From an uncultured Desulfospira sp. (lineage in GTDB: Bacteria > Desulfobacterota > Desulfobacteria > Desulfobacterales > Desulfobacteraceae): 64,000 bases of DNA. The position numbers were made by a program, and so were the translations under genes. Under the pieces are notes generated by a model. That model was not told the origin of the DNA. It ran no database searches and saw nothing but the letters and a program-made list of their open reading frames with translations. Shown here in pieces: positions 29,330-38,510 of this stretch (positions are counted from its first letter, which is position 1; each line of letters starts with the position of its first letter). The stretch spans positions 320,001 to 384,000 of the forward strand of contig OY760175.1 of assembly GCA_963663165.1 (NCBI GenBank), read 5' to 3'.

Positions 29330-30270
29330 CTTTGTTTCCCCTTAATGCTGATCCGTGGATCAAGGATGGTGTAAGAAAGGTCAACTAACAGGTTGAGGAG
29401 TAAAAAAAACAGGGTACTCATCAAAACAACCCCCTGGATCACCGGGATATCCCTCATGCTCGAGGCCTCTACCAGATACCGGCCGACGCCGGGCCAGGCA
29501 AACAGGGTTTCAATTAACACCATGCCCCCCACCAGGTGGCCGAAATGAAGACCAATGGCCGTAATCACCGGGATGATGGCATTTCTAAACACATGCCGGG
29601 TTAACACCGATGTTTCACTCAGCCCTTTGGCCCTGGCCGTCCGGACAAAATTTTGCCTTAGCACCTCCAGCACGCTGGTCCGGGTCAGCCGCATGAGGTC
29701 CATGGCACCGGTAATGCCAAGGGTCAGGGCCGGAAGGATAAAATGTTCCACCTTCCCGTACCCAAAGGCCGGAAGCCACTTAAACTGAACTGAAGCCACA
29801 AAGACCAGCAGCATGCCCCACCAGAAACAGGGCATTGAAATGCAGCCAAGGGCCGTCACCCGTAACACTTGATCCACAAATGTATTGGCCTTGACGGCTG
29901 AATAAACCCCTAAGGGAATGGCCACCACCATAGAAATGACAAGCCCTGTGATGAAAAGCATTGCCGTTGCCCCAAGCTTTTCCATGTAGGTGGGCCATAT
30001 TCTTTCCCGGGTGGCAAGGGAACTGCCCAGATCCCCTTTAGCCGCCCGGCCAAGCCATGTGGCATACTGGATCAGAAAAGGCTGATCCAGCCCATGTTCC
30101 TGCTTAAACGAAAGCAGCTGCTCCGGGGTCGGTACAGCCTGCAATTGTCTTTCCAGAATCAGCATGGCCGCATCTCCCGGACACAGGGAAATCAGGCCGT
30201 AGGATAAAAACGAGGTCGCCAGCACCACCGGGATGAGCAGGGCCATTCTTTTCAGGATAACAGCAATCAA
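29326..30270 (-). CDS. Peptide/nickel ABC transporter permease (NikB/OppB-like)
   Basis: GDLGSS, TARAKGL, ETLFAWPGVG. Confidence 0.92.
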   Translation of the reverse strand: MIAVILKRMALLIPVVLATSFLSYGLISLCPGDAAMLILERQLQAVPTPEQLLSFKQEHGLDQPFLIQYATWLGRAAKGDLGSSLATRERIWPTYMEKLGATAMLFITGLVISMVVAIPLGVYSAVKANTFVDQVLRVTALGCISMPCFWWGMLLVFVASVQFKWLPAFGYGKVEHFILPALTLGITGAMDLMRLTRTSVLEVLRQNFVRTARAKGLSETSVLTRHVFRNAIIPVITAIGLHFGHLVGGMVLIETLFAWPGVGRYLVEASSMRDIPVIQGVVLMSTLFFLLLNLLVDLSYTILDPRISIKGKQR

Positions 30271-30291
30271 CCGGTCAAATCTCCGTGGTGC

Positions 30292-31878
30292 TTATTCAAT
30301 GGTGACCTGGTCAAACCGGGGTTCGGAAGAGATAAATTCAATCCCCTTGACTTCCGGTTTGGCCGCAACAAATACAGCGTCAAAGTAGAGGGGCACAATG
30401 GCGGCCTTGTCCATGAGCAAGCGGTAAAACTGCCGGAACTGGGTTTTCCGTTCTTCCTCGTCAAATGAGCCCACGGCTTTTTTAATCACAGCGGTTATTT
30501 CGGGGTCTGAATAACATCCCCATCCGCTGAACTCCGGGGCTTCGTAGTTAAACCGGCCGTCCATGCGGGTGAATTTCCGCCTTTCAGGGCCTGCGGCGTA
30601 CCAGATGTACAAGTCAAATTCGCCCTTGGGCAGCCGCTCAAGATAGGTTCCGTATTCTATCACCTCAAGCTTGATGTTTATTCCCACGTCAGCGAGCTGG
30701 GCTTTGATCAGTTCGCACAGCTTGACCTCATCGGGATTGTCCCCCTGGGCAATCAGGCTGTACTCGGCTTTTTCCGGGAATCCGGCTTCTTTGAGCAGTG
30801 TCCGGGCCTTTGCCTGATCAAACCCGGGCACGGTCACCGCTGCCGTGTCCATATACGGTGCCGTGTCGGAAAACAGGGCCGTTTTGGCCGGGGCAACCCG
30901 GTTGTCAAACAGGGCCACCAGATCATCCTTATTGACGGCATGATTGATGGCCTGACGCACTTTGGGGTTATTCCACGGCGCCTTTTTGACGTTGAATGCG
31001 ATCAAAATGGTCATGGGCATTTCTTTTTTCATGACCTTAAATCCCTGGCCTTCAAGGGTGGCCAGCAGATTGCGGGGGGTATATGCGTATCCGCCGTGAA
31101 AATTGTCCACCACCACATCCACCCCCCCTGACTGGAGTGCCAGGACCCTGGCTTCAGCCCTGGGGATGGTCTTTACAGTGATTTTGTTTAGGCCCGGCGC
31201 TGGCCCCTGGTAGTTTGTATTGGGAACAAATACGGTGTACTGGTCTTTTTGATAGTCTGCCACCTGAAAGGGACCTGTACCGGTGAATTTAATAATAGGC
31301 GATGAAGGCTCCCCGTCCGGCCCCACAGAGGTGGGGCTTAAAATACTGAAATGGTATTCCCCGAATCCGGTTAACGCAACATAGCCTTCGAGTCCGTCCT
31401 TGTAATGAACGGCCACCGTATGGGGATCACGGATTTCCAGCTTTTCAATCCGGTCGATTTCGGTCCATGAGGTGCTGTTAAATGCCACGAGCCGGTCATA
31501 GGTGAATTTGACGGCATCGGCATTAAACGGGGTGTTGTCGGAAAACCGGACATCCTTTCGCAGATGAAAGACAATGGTTTTTCCGTTTTCCAGGATATCC
31601 CACGATTGCGCCAGGCTCGGGGTCACCCGGGTTCCGTCCAATTCCACCAGGCGCTGGCAGGTAAACATCTCAAGGAGCATATCGGAACTGCCGGTGGCGG
31701 TCTGGGCATTGGTATCCAGGCCATAGGCTATGGTCAGCTCTTTTTTTTGCGATTTTCCGTCAGGGGTTTTGGATAAATTGTCGGAAGACTGGGAGCAGCC
31801 GGCTGCGGCAATCATGAACACCGCCAGGCACAGGGCACTGTAAAGCCTTTTTTTTATCATGTCATTAACTTTGAACAA
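30292..31878 (-). CDS. Family 5 substrate-binding lipoprotein (NikA/CntA-like)
   Basis: Lipobox AAGC, PSLAQSW, LRKDVRFSD, GTGPF, VRQAINHA. Confidence 0.88.
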   Translation of the reverse strand: MFKVNDMIKKRLYSALCLAVFMIAAAGCSQSSDNLSKTPDGKSQKKELTIAYGLDTNAQTATGSSDMLLEMFTCQRLVELDGTRVTPSLAQSWDILENGKTIVFHLRKDVRFSDNTPFNADAVKFTYDRLVAFNSTSWTEIDRIEKLEIRDPHTVAVHYKDGLEGYVALTGFGEYHFSILSPTSVGPDGEPSSPIIKFTGTGPFQVADYQKDQYTVFVPNTNYQGPAPGLNKITVKTIPRAEARVLALQSGGVDVVVDNFHGGYAYTPRNLLATLEGQGFKVMKKEMPMTILIAFNVKKAPWNNPKVRQAINHAVNKDDLVALFDNRVAPAKTALFSDTAPYMDTAAVTVPGFDQAKARTLLKEAGFPEKAEYSLIAQGDNPDEVKLCELIKAQLADVGINIKLEVIEYGTYLERLPKGEFDLYIWYAAGPERRKFTRMDGRFNYEAPEFSGWGCYSDPEITAVIKKAVGSFDEEERKTQFRQFYRLLMDKAAIVPLYFDAVFVAAKPEVKGIEFISSEPRFDQVTIE

Positions 31879-31906
31879 AACAATTCCTTTTCCATGGTTT
31901 AAGAGG

Positions 31907-31941
31907 GGCTCTTCCGGGTACCCGTAACACCCGGAAGAGCC
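31907..31941. terminator. Intra-operon GC-rich hairpin
   Basis: GGCTCTTCCGGGT / ACCCGGAAGAGCC 13-bp stem. Confidence 0.55.
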
Positions 31942-31966
31942 TTATTCCAGGTCAGACTCCCCGGAA

Positions 31967-32725
31967 CTATTGATCTATATAAAAGGTCAAGCTGGTTGCC
32001 CACCGTTGGCTGTCACACACCGAAGTGTCCGGGTAAGGTTCTTCTACCTTGGCAATGAGAAGCCAGGTGCCTTTATGGATCAGCTTGATGTTAGCCACTC
32101 CCTCCTTGTCCGTTTTGGTGGTATAGCCAAAGGTATCTTTTTGATCTGAAAAGGTATCATAGGTGCCGTATACAAATGTCCTTGCCGGCTTGCCTTCCTT
32201 GAGAACCTTAACTGGCAGAATGTCGCCGGTTTTCAGGGTGGCCGGATCTTTTAAGGGAACGATCTCCATGGCCTGGCCCAGGGGTTTGGCCCAGGCGTCT
32301 CCACCGGCCTGGCCCACGGTAAAGACGGCCTTGGCATATTTAACAGAGCTGCTGCAAAGGATCGGGTTTTCAACGTCCTTTTTGGTCTTGCCCCTTTGGT
32401 AACCGTCCGGGGTTTTGGTGTAAAAGCCGTTCACAGGAACAGCCAGGCAAAGGCAGGTGCCGGTTTCCGTAATCATAGCGTCCCGGGCCACCCGCTTGGA
32501 TGACGGGGTGATAAAAAAGACTTCTTGGATCCTGTCCGGCTCCATCAGTTCTTTTTCCGGTGGAAGAAAATGATGGGTGTTAAATACCTTTAAGCCCGGG
32601 GTGGTGTTAACAGCCGCCTGATACGTATCCATGATCAGCAGGGTATCGTGGGCCGCGGCCGGGGAACTGACGCAAAGTGCGAGGGCAAGAATGCCCATGC
32701 TTAGAAGTTGGTTTAAACCTTTCAT
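31967..32725 (-). CDS. Secreted DUF4198 domain protein
   Basis: Signal ...AAAHD, KYAKA, MEIVPL, TDKEGVA, GTWLL. Confidence 0.8.
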   Translation of the reverse strand: MKGLNQLLSMGILALALCVSSPAAAHDTLLIMDTYQAAVNTTPGLKVFNTHHFLPPEKELMEPDRIQEVFFITPSSKRVARDAMITETGTCLCLAVPVNGFYTKTPDGYQRGKTKKDVENPILCSSSVKYAKAVFTVGQAGGDAWAKPLGQAMEIVPLKDPATLKTGDILPVKVLKEGKPARTFVYGTYDTFSDQKDTFGYTTKTDKEGVANIKLIHKGTWLLIAKVEEPYPDTSVCDSQRWATSLTFYIDQ

Positions 32726-32749
32726 TGTAAATTTCCTTTATTTTAAAAA

Positions 32750-35089
32750 TTAAAATGAGTATTTAAGTTCCACGAAAAAGGTTCTCATGGGGTAGGGATG
32801 GTAGACGTAGTAATCTTCATCAAAGATGTTGTCTACGCCCATGGTGGCTTCAAGGCCGCAGTCAAAGAGGTACCTGAACTTGGCATCAAACACCAGAAAC
32901 TCATCCGTACCGCCGTATCCGCCGTCAGGATCCGAGTTGTCCAGTGTATTGTATTGCTGCCCTGAATAATGGCCGGCCAAAGTGAACGACCACTTGTCTG
33001 TGGGCGCATAGTCCAGAACACATTTGACGCGCCAGTCCGGTATCCTCGGGAAATCCTTGCCCACACTGTCGGGAACATTATCGTTTCTTAAGATTTTAGA
33101 ATCGGTCCAGGCCACGTTGGTAAACAGGCCCAACCCGTCAATAAAAATTCGTCTGACATTATAGGCCAGTTCGATCCCTCTGGTCCTTACCTCGTCCACG
33201 TTCTGGTAATTGCTGATGTTGGTGTAGGCATTTGTTTGTCTGAAGATGGCGTCTTTGATCTCATCTTCATAAAAGGTCAGGCGGGCTTCCGCATTGCTGC
33301 CGAAGAACCTTGTGATGGTGAAATCCTTGGCAAAGCTGTCCTCAGGTTTTAAATTCGGGTTGTTTTTGTTGATTATACCGGCGGATGTGATGCCCCCGTA
33401 ATACATTTCCCCAACCGTGGGATACCGGGTGGCCTGGGCTAGTGAGACCCTGAGCTGCCAGTTGTTGTTTGGGTTGTAAGTGGTCGAAAATTTAGGTGAA
33501 AATCCATTGTCGTCCTTATCATCCAAATCTGTGGTGATCCGGCCGGTATTGCCGTCAATGGATTTACTGGCGTCAAACCCTTTCCACCATTCATAACGGC
33601 CGCCCAGGTAAACCGACCAGTGATCTTCAACATGCCAGGTATCTTCTATATAAAGGGCATGGGTCCGGGTCTTGCCTTCAGAACCGGAACTTAAGGTTGT
33701 CCGGACATCTTTTTTCCAGTTGGACGCATTCCAGGTTTCACCGTCTGTGTAGTACTGGTCAAAATGGTAGCCGGCGCCCAGGGAATGCATTCCTTTCCAG
33801 CCCTCTACATCTTTGGCCATCTTAAGATCCGCCGTATACCAGCCTTTGTCGGTGTCCGTCACACTGCCAGCCCCGCCGTTTTTGGAATTCGGAGCCGCTT
33901 CGGAAGATGAGCGGGAGACGCTTTTGAGCGTGGTATAGGCACTTACCTGGGCATCCACATTAAGTCCGTCGGGGGATTCAAGCTTATAAGTTAACCCGTT
34001 GAGCATATCCTGGTATTCGGCCTCAGAATAGTCAAAAGAAGTGGTTCCAAGATCATAACTTCTTCCGTCAATGATGACTGTTCCGGTGTAGACTGGATTT
34101 CCGTTTGCGTCTCGCAAGTAGGTATCCGGGTTGGTCGAATTGTTTTCCGAATCCCAGATGGCCGAGGTCAGCCGGATGGTGGAATAATCCGTTAAATCAT
34201 AGGCCAGTTTGACTTTAAAGGTGTTGTTGGTGATGTCGCTGGTGCTGTCGGCCCCCAGTATATAGCGGTCAGCACCGGTGGGGTCTTTGTCCTGGGCATA
34301 TCCGGTAACCGCCGTGCCGGCGTCCGTACCGCCGGATGCGGCGGATTTGGCCACATACATAATGGCCGCATTCTCTGTTTCCAGGTGGTTAAACCAGAGG
34401 TTGTAAGAGAATTTTCCGGTCTTGTTTCCCACAGAACCAAATAGATTATACCCGTCCAGATCATCATCAGTATTATAAGCATGGGCGTTCTGGTAAAAGT
34501 ACTTAAGGCTGGTATCAATCTCAAGTTTTTCCGGCATGCCGGTGGTGATCAAAGCGGTACCTGATATGGAGTTGCCGCTGTAGGCCGCGGAAAACGGACC
34601 GTAAATAACATCCACCTTCTCGATTTCCTGAGGGGCCACAAAGAACCATTTCGGGGCATTGCCATGGCCGGTGGATGTGAAATCGGACAGCCTCATCCCG
34701 TCGGTCTGGACCAGGGTCCGGCCGGTCATTGTGGAGTTGTTGCCCCGGATGATCAGGGGGCTGTTGGTGCTGCCCGGGTAGAGCTTGCGGAGGTATGAGC
34801 CGGGCATGTATTTGAATACATCGGAAGATTCCATGGCATTGATACGCTCAATGCCTTCGGCGGTGACGCTTTCCACTACGGCCGGCATATTGGCCGTGGT
34901 GTCGTCCATAATTTTACCGGTAACGGTGATTTCACCCAGATCCTGGGCTTGTTTTTGGTTTGCTTTGTTCGTAAGTGACGTTTCTTCGGTTTTGGTTTCA
35001 TCTGAAATTGCCGGGGCCGGTGCAAAGAACAGTCCCGTACACAGGACTGCCACGGCAATCAGGGTTAATTTTTTCCTTTTTTTCAACAT
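32750..35089 (-). CDS. TonB-dependent receptor
   Basis: Signal peptide, EITVTG TonB box, plug IEKVDVIYGPFSAAY, NPNLKPE, C-terminal YSF. Confidence 0.93.
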   Translation of the reverse strand: MLKKRKKLTLIAVAVLCTGLFFAPAPAISDETKTEETSLTNKANQKQAQDLGEITVTGKIMDDTTANMPAVVESVTAEGIERINAMESSDVFKYMPGSYLRKLYPGSTNSPLIIRGNNSTMTGRTLVQTDGMRLSDFTSTGHGNAPKWFFVAPQEIEKVDVIYGPFSAAYSGNSISGTALITTGMPEKLEIDTSLKYFYQNAHAYNTDDDLDGYNLFGSVGNKTGKFSYNLWFNHLETENAAIMYVAKSAASGGTDAGTAVTGYAQDKDPTGADRYILGADSTSDITNNTFKVKLAYDLTDYSTIRLTSAIWDSENNSTNPDTYLRDANGNPVYTGTVIIDGRSYDLGTTSFDYSEAEYQDMLNGLTYKLESPDGLNVDAQVSAYTTLKSVSRSSSEAAPNSKNGGAGSVTDTDKGWYTADLKMAKDVEGWKGMHSLGAGYHFDQYYTDGETWNASNWKKDVRTTLSSGSEGKTRTHALYIEDTWHVEDHWSVYLGGRYEWWKGFDASKSIDGNTGRITTDLDDKDDNGFSPKFSTTYNPNNNWQLRVSLAQATRYPTVGEMYYGGITSAGIINKNNPNLKPEDSFAKDFTITRFFGSNAEARLTFYEDEIKDAIFRQTNAYTNISNYQNVDEVRTRGIELAYNVRRIFIDGLGLFTNVAWTDSKILRNDNVPDSVGKDFPRIPDWRVKCVLDYAPTDKWSFTLAGHYSGQQYNTLDNSDPDGGYGGTDEFLVFDAKFRYLFDCGLEATMGVDNIFDEDYYVYHPYPMRTFFVELKYSF

Positions 35090-35488
35090 GTTTCACTCCT
35101 CCTGAAATTAACTCAAAAGGCACCAAACCGGCAGGCAATGGATACAGAATGCCTGATGGCAGTGGTGTCACAGGCCAAACAAGCCGGCAGCGCCGGTTCT
35201 GGCCGGGGTTTTTTGTAGAATTTCCGGATGGAATGAAGGTTGACATGGGAAATAAGTCAATGATATCTTGAATTTAAGAATATCCTTCCATCCGGGGGGA
35301 TGTCTCTTAAAGAAGGCAGCCTGAATTAACTTTGGACGGTTAAGGTTGCCTTCTTTTTTTTTCATTTAATTCAATTTTCAGTAGATTCACCTCCTTTTAT
35401 GATTAAGCGTCCGGTCAGGCCGGGGCTAAAGTTTTTTACGGTTATTGTGGACAACCCGGGTTGAAAACCCGGGGCCGCCCGTAGGGAC

Positions 35489-35540
35489 AAAAAAAAACCA
35501 GGAAGTTGGTTTTCCTTTTCAGGTAAACTGCCTTCCTGGC
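35489..35540 (-). terminator. Leader terminator / candidate attenuator of the TonB-receptor operon
   Basis: Minus strand CCAGGAAG...GTTTACCT-GAAA-AGGAAAAC...CTTCCTGG followed by T9. Confidence 0.65.
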
Positions 35541-35960
35541 CAAATTCTGTTGTTTAATTTTGAAACGGTCTGTATTTGTGCTTATTTTATTTCCTTCTGG
35601 AAATAGATTTGATTGAAATATTGAATCTCAAAAGATTTGTCAATTCTTTTTTTTTCATTGTTTCAATTGTCGGAATTAAACTTAAAATTTATCGAAAGGC
35701 ATGCCCGTCTTGGTTATAGCCTTTTTATATCCCGATCGCTGATCAGGATATAAAAAGCCGAAATACAAAATTACTCTGGATTACACCTGAGACAAAACGG
35801 CTGTGGTCCGGATCACCCTGGTCCCATTTGTGACACCCTGTCAAAACTTTTTCCATTTTGTTCCGGCCTGACGGTGCATAATTAATTGCAATTTCAACTC
35901 AAAATATCCTGAAAACCCGGCGGGTGGGGAGTCAACCGGTCTGAACAGTTATGATTACTC

Positions 35961-35976
35961 CGGCACGATATTTGAT
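35961..35976 (+). promoter_or_regulatory. Candidate sigma54 promoter (variant -12)
   Basis: CGGCACGATATTTGAT, ~75 nt upstream of the DASS gene. Confidence 0.55.
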
Positions 35977-36051
35977 TATATTGATGTTAGCAGTCTATTG
36001 GACAAAAGGACTGAATTATATTAACGGCAATGGATTGTAAAAGGAGGCATT

Positions 36052-37458
36052 ATGACTTCACAAAAAATAAAAATGATCGCTCCGGTGGCGGTGCTGCTGG
36101 TTCTATGGTTTCTGCCGGCCCCCCAGGGGCTGTCTATCCAGGCCTGGCATTTTCTGGCAGTGTTCATGGCCGTGGTCATCGGCCTGATTGTGGAACCGGT
36201 GCCGGCGGCCCTGGTGGGGTTCACCGGTGTGTCCCTGGTGGCCTGCCTGGGCCTGGTGGGCTCTTCGTCACAGAGCATTAAATGGGCGTTGTCCGGATTT
36301 TCCAACAGTGTTATCTGGCTGATCTTTGCCGCGTTCATGTTTGCCATGGGGTATAAGAAAACAGGGCTGGGCAAGCGGATTTCACTGATCATGATCAAGT
36401 ACATGGGCAAACATTCCCTGGGGCTTGGGTATGCCGTGGCATTGTCGGATCTGGTCCTTGCGCCCTTCATGCCGTCCAATACGGCCCGGAGTGCCGGCAC
36501 CATTTACCCGGTGGCATCCAACATTCCCCTGGTGTTCAACTCCACCCCGGAAAATGAGCCCAGAAAGCTCGGGGCATATATCTGCTGGGTGGCCATTGCC
36601 GCCACCAGCGTGACCAGCTCCATGTTTCTGACGGCCCTGGCGCCCAACCTCCTGGCCGTGGACATGATCGCCAAAAGCACGGGACATTCCGTATCCTGGA
36701 CCGCCTGGGCCGCCATTATGCTGCCGCTGATGATCCCGTTGTTTCTGCTAACGCCCTGGCTGGCTTATGTCCTGTATCCCCCCACCCAGAAGAAATCGCC
36801 GGAAGCCCCGGCATGGGCCAAAAAAGAGCTTGAAAAACTGGGCAAGATTACGGGGAAGGAGATTTTGATGGCCCTGTTGGCCCTGGCGGCTCTGTTGTTA
36901 TGGATATTTGGCGGGAAAATCGGCATTCACTCCACCACGGCGGCCATCAGCATTGTGGCGCTCATGGTGCTGTTTAACGTGATCACCTGGGATGATGTGA
37001 TTTCAAACAAGGCGGCCTTTAATGTGCTGATCTGGTTTGCCACCCTGGTGGCCATGGCCGCCGGGCTCAAAGAAGTCGGCATCCTGGAGTGGATCGGGAA
37101 AAATTCCCAGTCCTATCTGGCCTCTTTGTCTCCCACCATGCTCATCATGGCCATGCTGGTGATGTTTTTTCTGCTCCACTACTTTTTTGCCAGCACCACG
37201 GCCCATACCACGGCGCTGATGCCCATATTTATGGCCATTGCGGCAAAACTGATCACCCCTGAACAGCTGATTCCCTTTTCCATCCTTCTGGCGGGCAGCC
37301 TGGGGGTGATGGGCATCATCACCCCCTATGCCACAGGGCCTGCGCCCATGTGGTACGGGGCAGGGTTTATCCCCCAGGGCCGCTGGTGGGCTTTAGGGGC
37401 GGTATTCGGTCTGCTGTATCTGGCCGCTATTTTAGCGGGGTCTTTGATATTTATCTAG
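36052..37458 (+). CDS. DASS family anion permease (CitT/TtdT-like)
   Basis: TGLGKRI, PSNTARSAG, TSSMFLTALAPN, HYFFASTTAH, TPYATGPA. Confidence 0.92.
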   Translation: MTSQKIKMIAPVAVLLVLWFLPAPQGLSIQAWHFLAVFMAVVIGLIVEPVPAALVGFTGVSLVACLGLVGSSSQSIKWALSGFSNSVIWLIFAAFMFAMGYKKTGLGKRISLIMIKYMGKHSLGLGYAVALSDLVLAPFMPSNTARSAGTIYPVASNIPLVFNSTPENEPRKLGAYICWVAIAATSVTSSMFLTALAPNLLAVDMIAKSTGHSVSWTAWAAIMLPLMIPLFLLTPWLAYVLYPPTQKKSPEAPAWAKKELEKLGKITGKEILMALLALAALLLWIFGGKIGIHSTTAAISIVALMVLFNVITWDDVISNKAAFNVLIWFATLVAMAAGLKEVGILEWIGKNSQSYLASLSPTMLIMAMLVMFFLLHYFFASTTAHTTALMPIFMAIAAKLITPEQLIPFSILLAGSLGVMGIITPYATGPAPMWYGAGFIPQGRWWALGAVFGLLYLAAILAGSLIFI

Positions 37459-37520
37459 GAACGTAAATTACGGACGGACTGGGGCTTAGAACCGGTCCGT
37501 CCATAACAAATGAAAAGAGA

Positions 37521-37583
37521 TTGGGATATGGGACTTGGGGCCTGGGGAAAAAGCCGCAGGGAAATCCCAAGTGCCATATTCCA
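37521..37583. repeat. TGGGA(T/C)-type heptamer inverted array
   Basis: TTGGGATATGGGACTTGGGG ... CCCAAGTGCCATATTCCAA. Confidence 0.6.
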
Positions 37584-37658
37584 AAACGTTACCGCCGACC
37601 GCAACTGCCTCTGAAATCAGGACAATCCCGAAACCTTCAGCCCTGAAGGTCTTCAACC

Positions 37659-38498
37659 TTATTTAGGCGTAACCACCACACCGTGGATGATTTCAAAAAG
37701 CTGCTGGGGTGCCATGTTATTGGACTCGGCGATCTCTTTGACGGTCTGTCCGGATTGGGCCTGAATCTGTTTTTCAGCAAGCCCGGCCATCATCTGTTTT
37801 TCGTTGAGGCCGTAGGTGGCGCACAAGTCGGACAGAACGGTTCTGCCAAAACCGGAAAAAGGTTCATCTGGAAAAGGCGGCACACCAGTGTCTGAGGCTG
37901 ACTTGGGCGGCTGCATGGCCTCATAGACATCTTTGGGGGTGCAGTGGTTTGCCTTGGCAATATCCAGCAGGGTTTGGGTGTCATCCTTAAACACAATGCC
38001 GGCGTTTTCAAGCTGTGGTTTGATGTCATTAAGGTCAAGGCCGGTGCGCTTGGCAAACATTTTTAAAGACGATAGTTCGGCATGGCCGTAAGGCGGTTCG
38101 CCATATTTTTCGGCACCGGCATCTTTAAAAGATGCATTGAAATCAAGGATAGTGCTCATGGGCGGAATATGGAACAGGGTGCCGGCAATAAAGACCACGG
38201 TCAGGATCAGGGCCGCATTAAACTCCGGTGTAAATACCGTAAGCTGTCTGGCCTTGTTTTTCAGATAGGCGAGGATGGGCGACCAGTTGTAATAAATGTG
38301 CAGCAGCCCGGCCAAAAGGAATAAAACCCCAAGATTGATGTGAATATCCCCCCAAAGGGTTTTACTAAGTCCCATGAATCGCCAGTTGGACCAGTAGGCC
38401 ACCCGGCCTTCGGGAACCACATACAGGACAATGGCGGTGACAATCAGCAGCAAAAAGGACAACAGCATGGTCAGTGACGTGATTTTTCTAAGTTTCAT
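37659..38498 (-). CDS. DUF4405 domain membrane protein
   Basis: TAIVLYVVPEGRVAYW, WGDIH, HIYYNW, PPYGHAE. Confidence 0.75.
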   Translation of the reverse strand: MKLRKITSLTMLLSFLLLIVTAIVLYVVPEGRVAYWSNWRFMGLSKTLWGDIHINLGVLFLLAGLLHIYYNWSPILAYLKNKARQLTVFTPEFNAALILTVVFIAGTLFHIPPMSTILDFNASFKDAGAEKYGEPPYGHAELSSLKMFAKRTGLDLNDIKPQLENAGIVFKDDTQTLLDIAKANHCTPKDVYEAMQPPKSASDTGVPPFPDEPFSGFGRTVLSDLCATYGLNEKQMMAGLAEKQIQAQSGQTVKEIAESNNMAPQQLFEIIHGVVVTPK

Positions 38499-38510
38499 GG
38501 CAATTTCTCC

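Noticed and set aside
35090..35400. Cobalamin riboswitch upstream of the TonB receptor
   Set aside because: Could not find the GGGAA and B12-box consensus elements by eye
35876..35953. Second IS66-like MITE ending CTGAACAGTTAT
   Set aside because: Only a right-end-like motif; no convincing left end or 8-bp duplication
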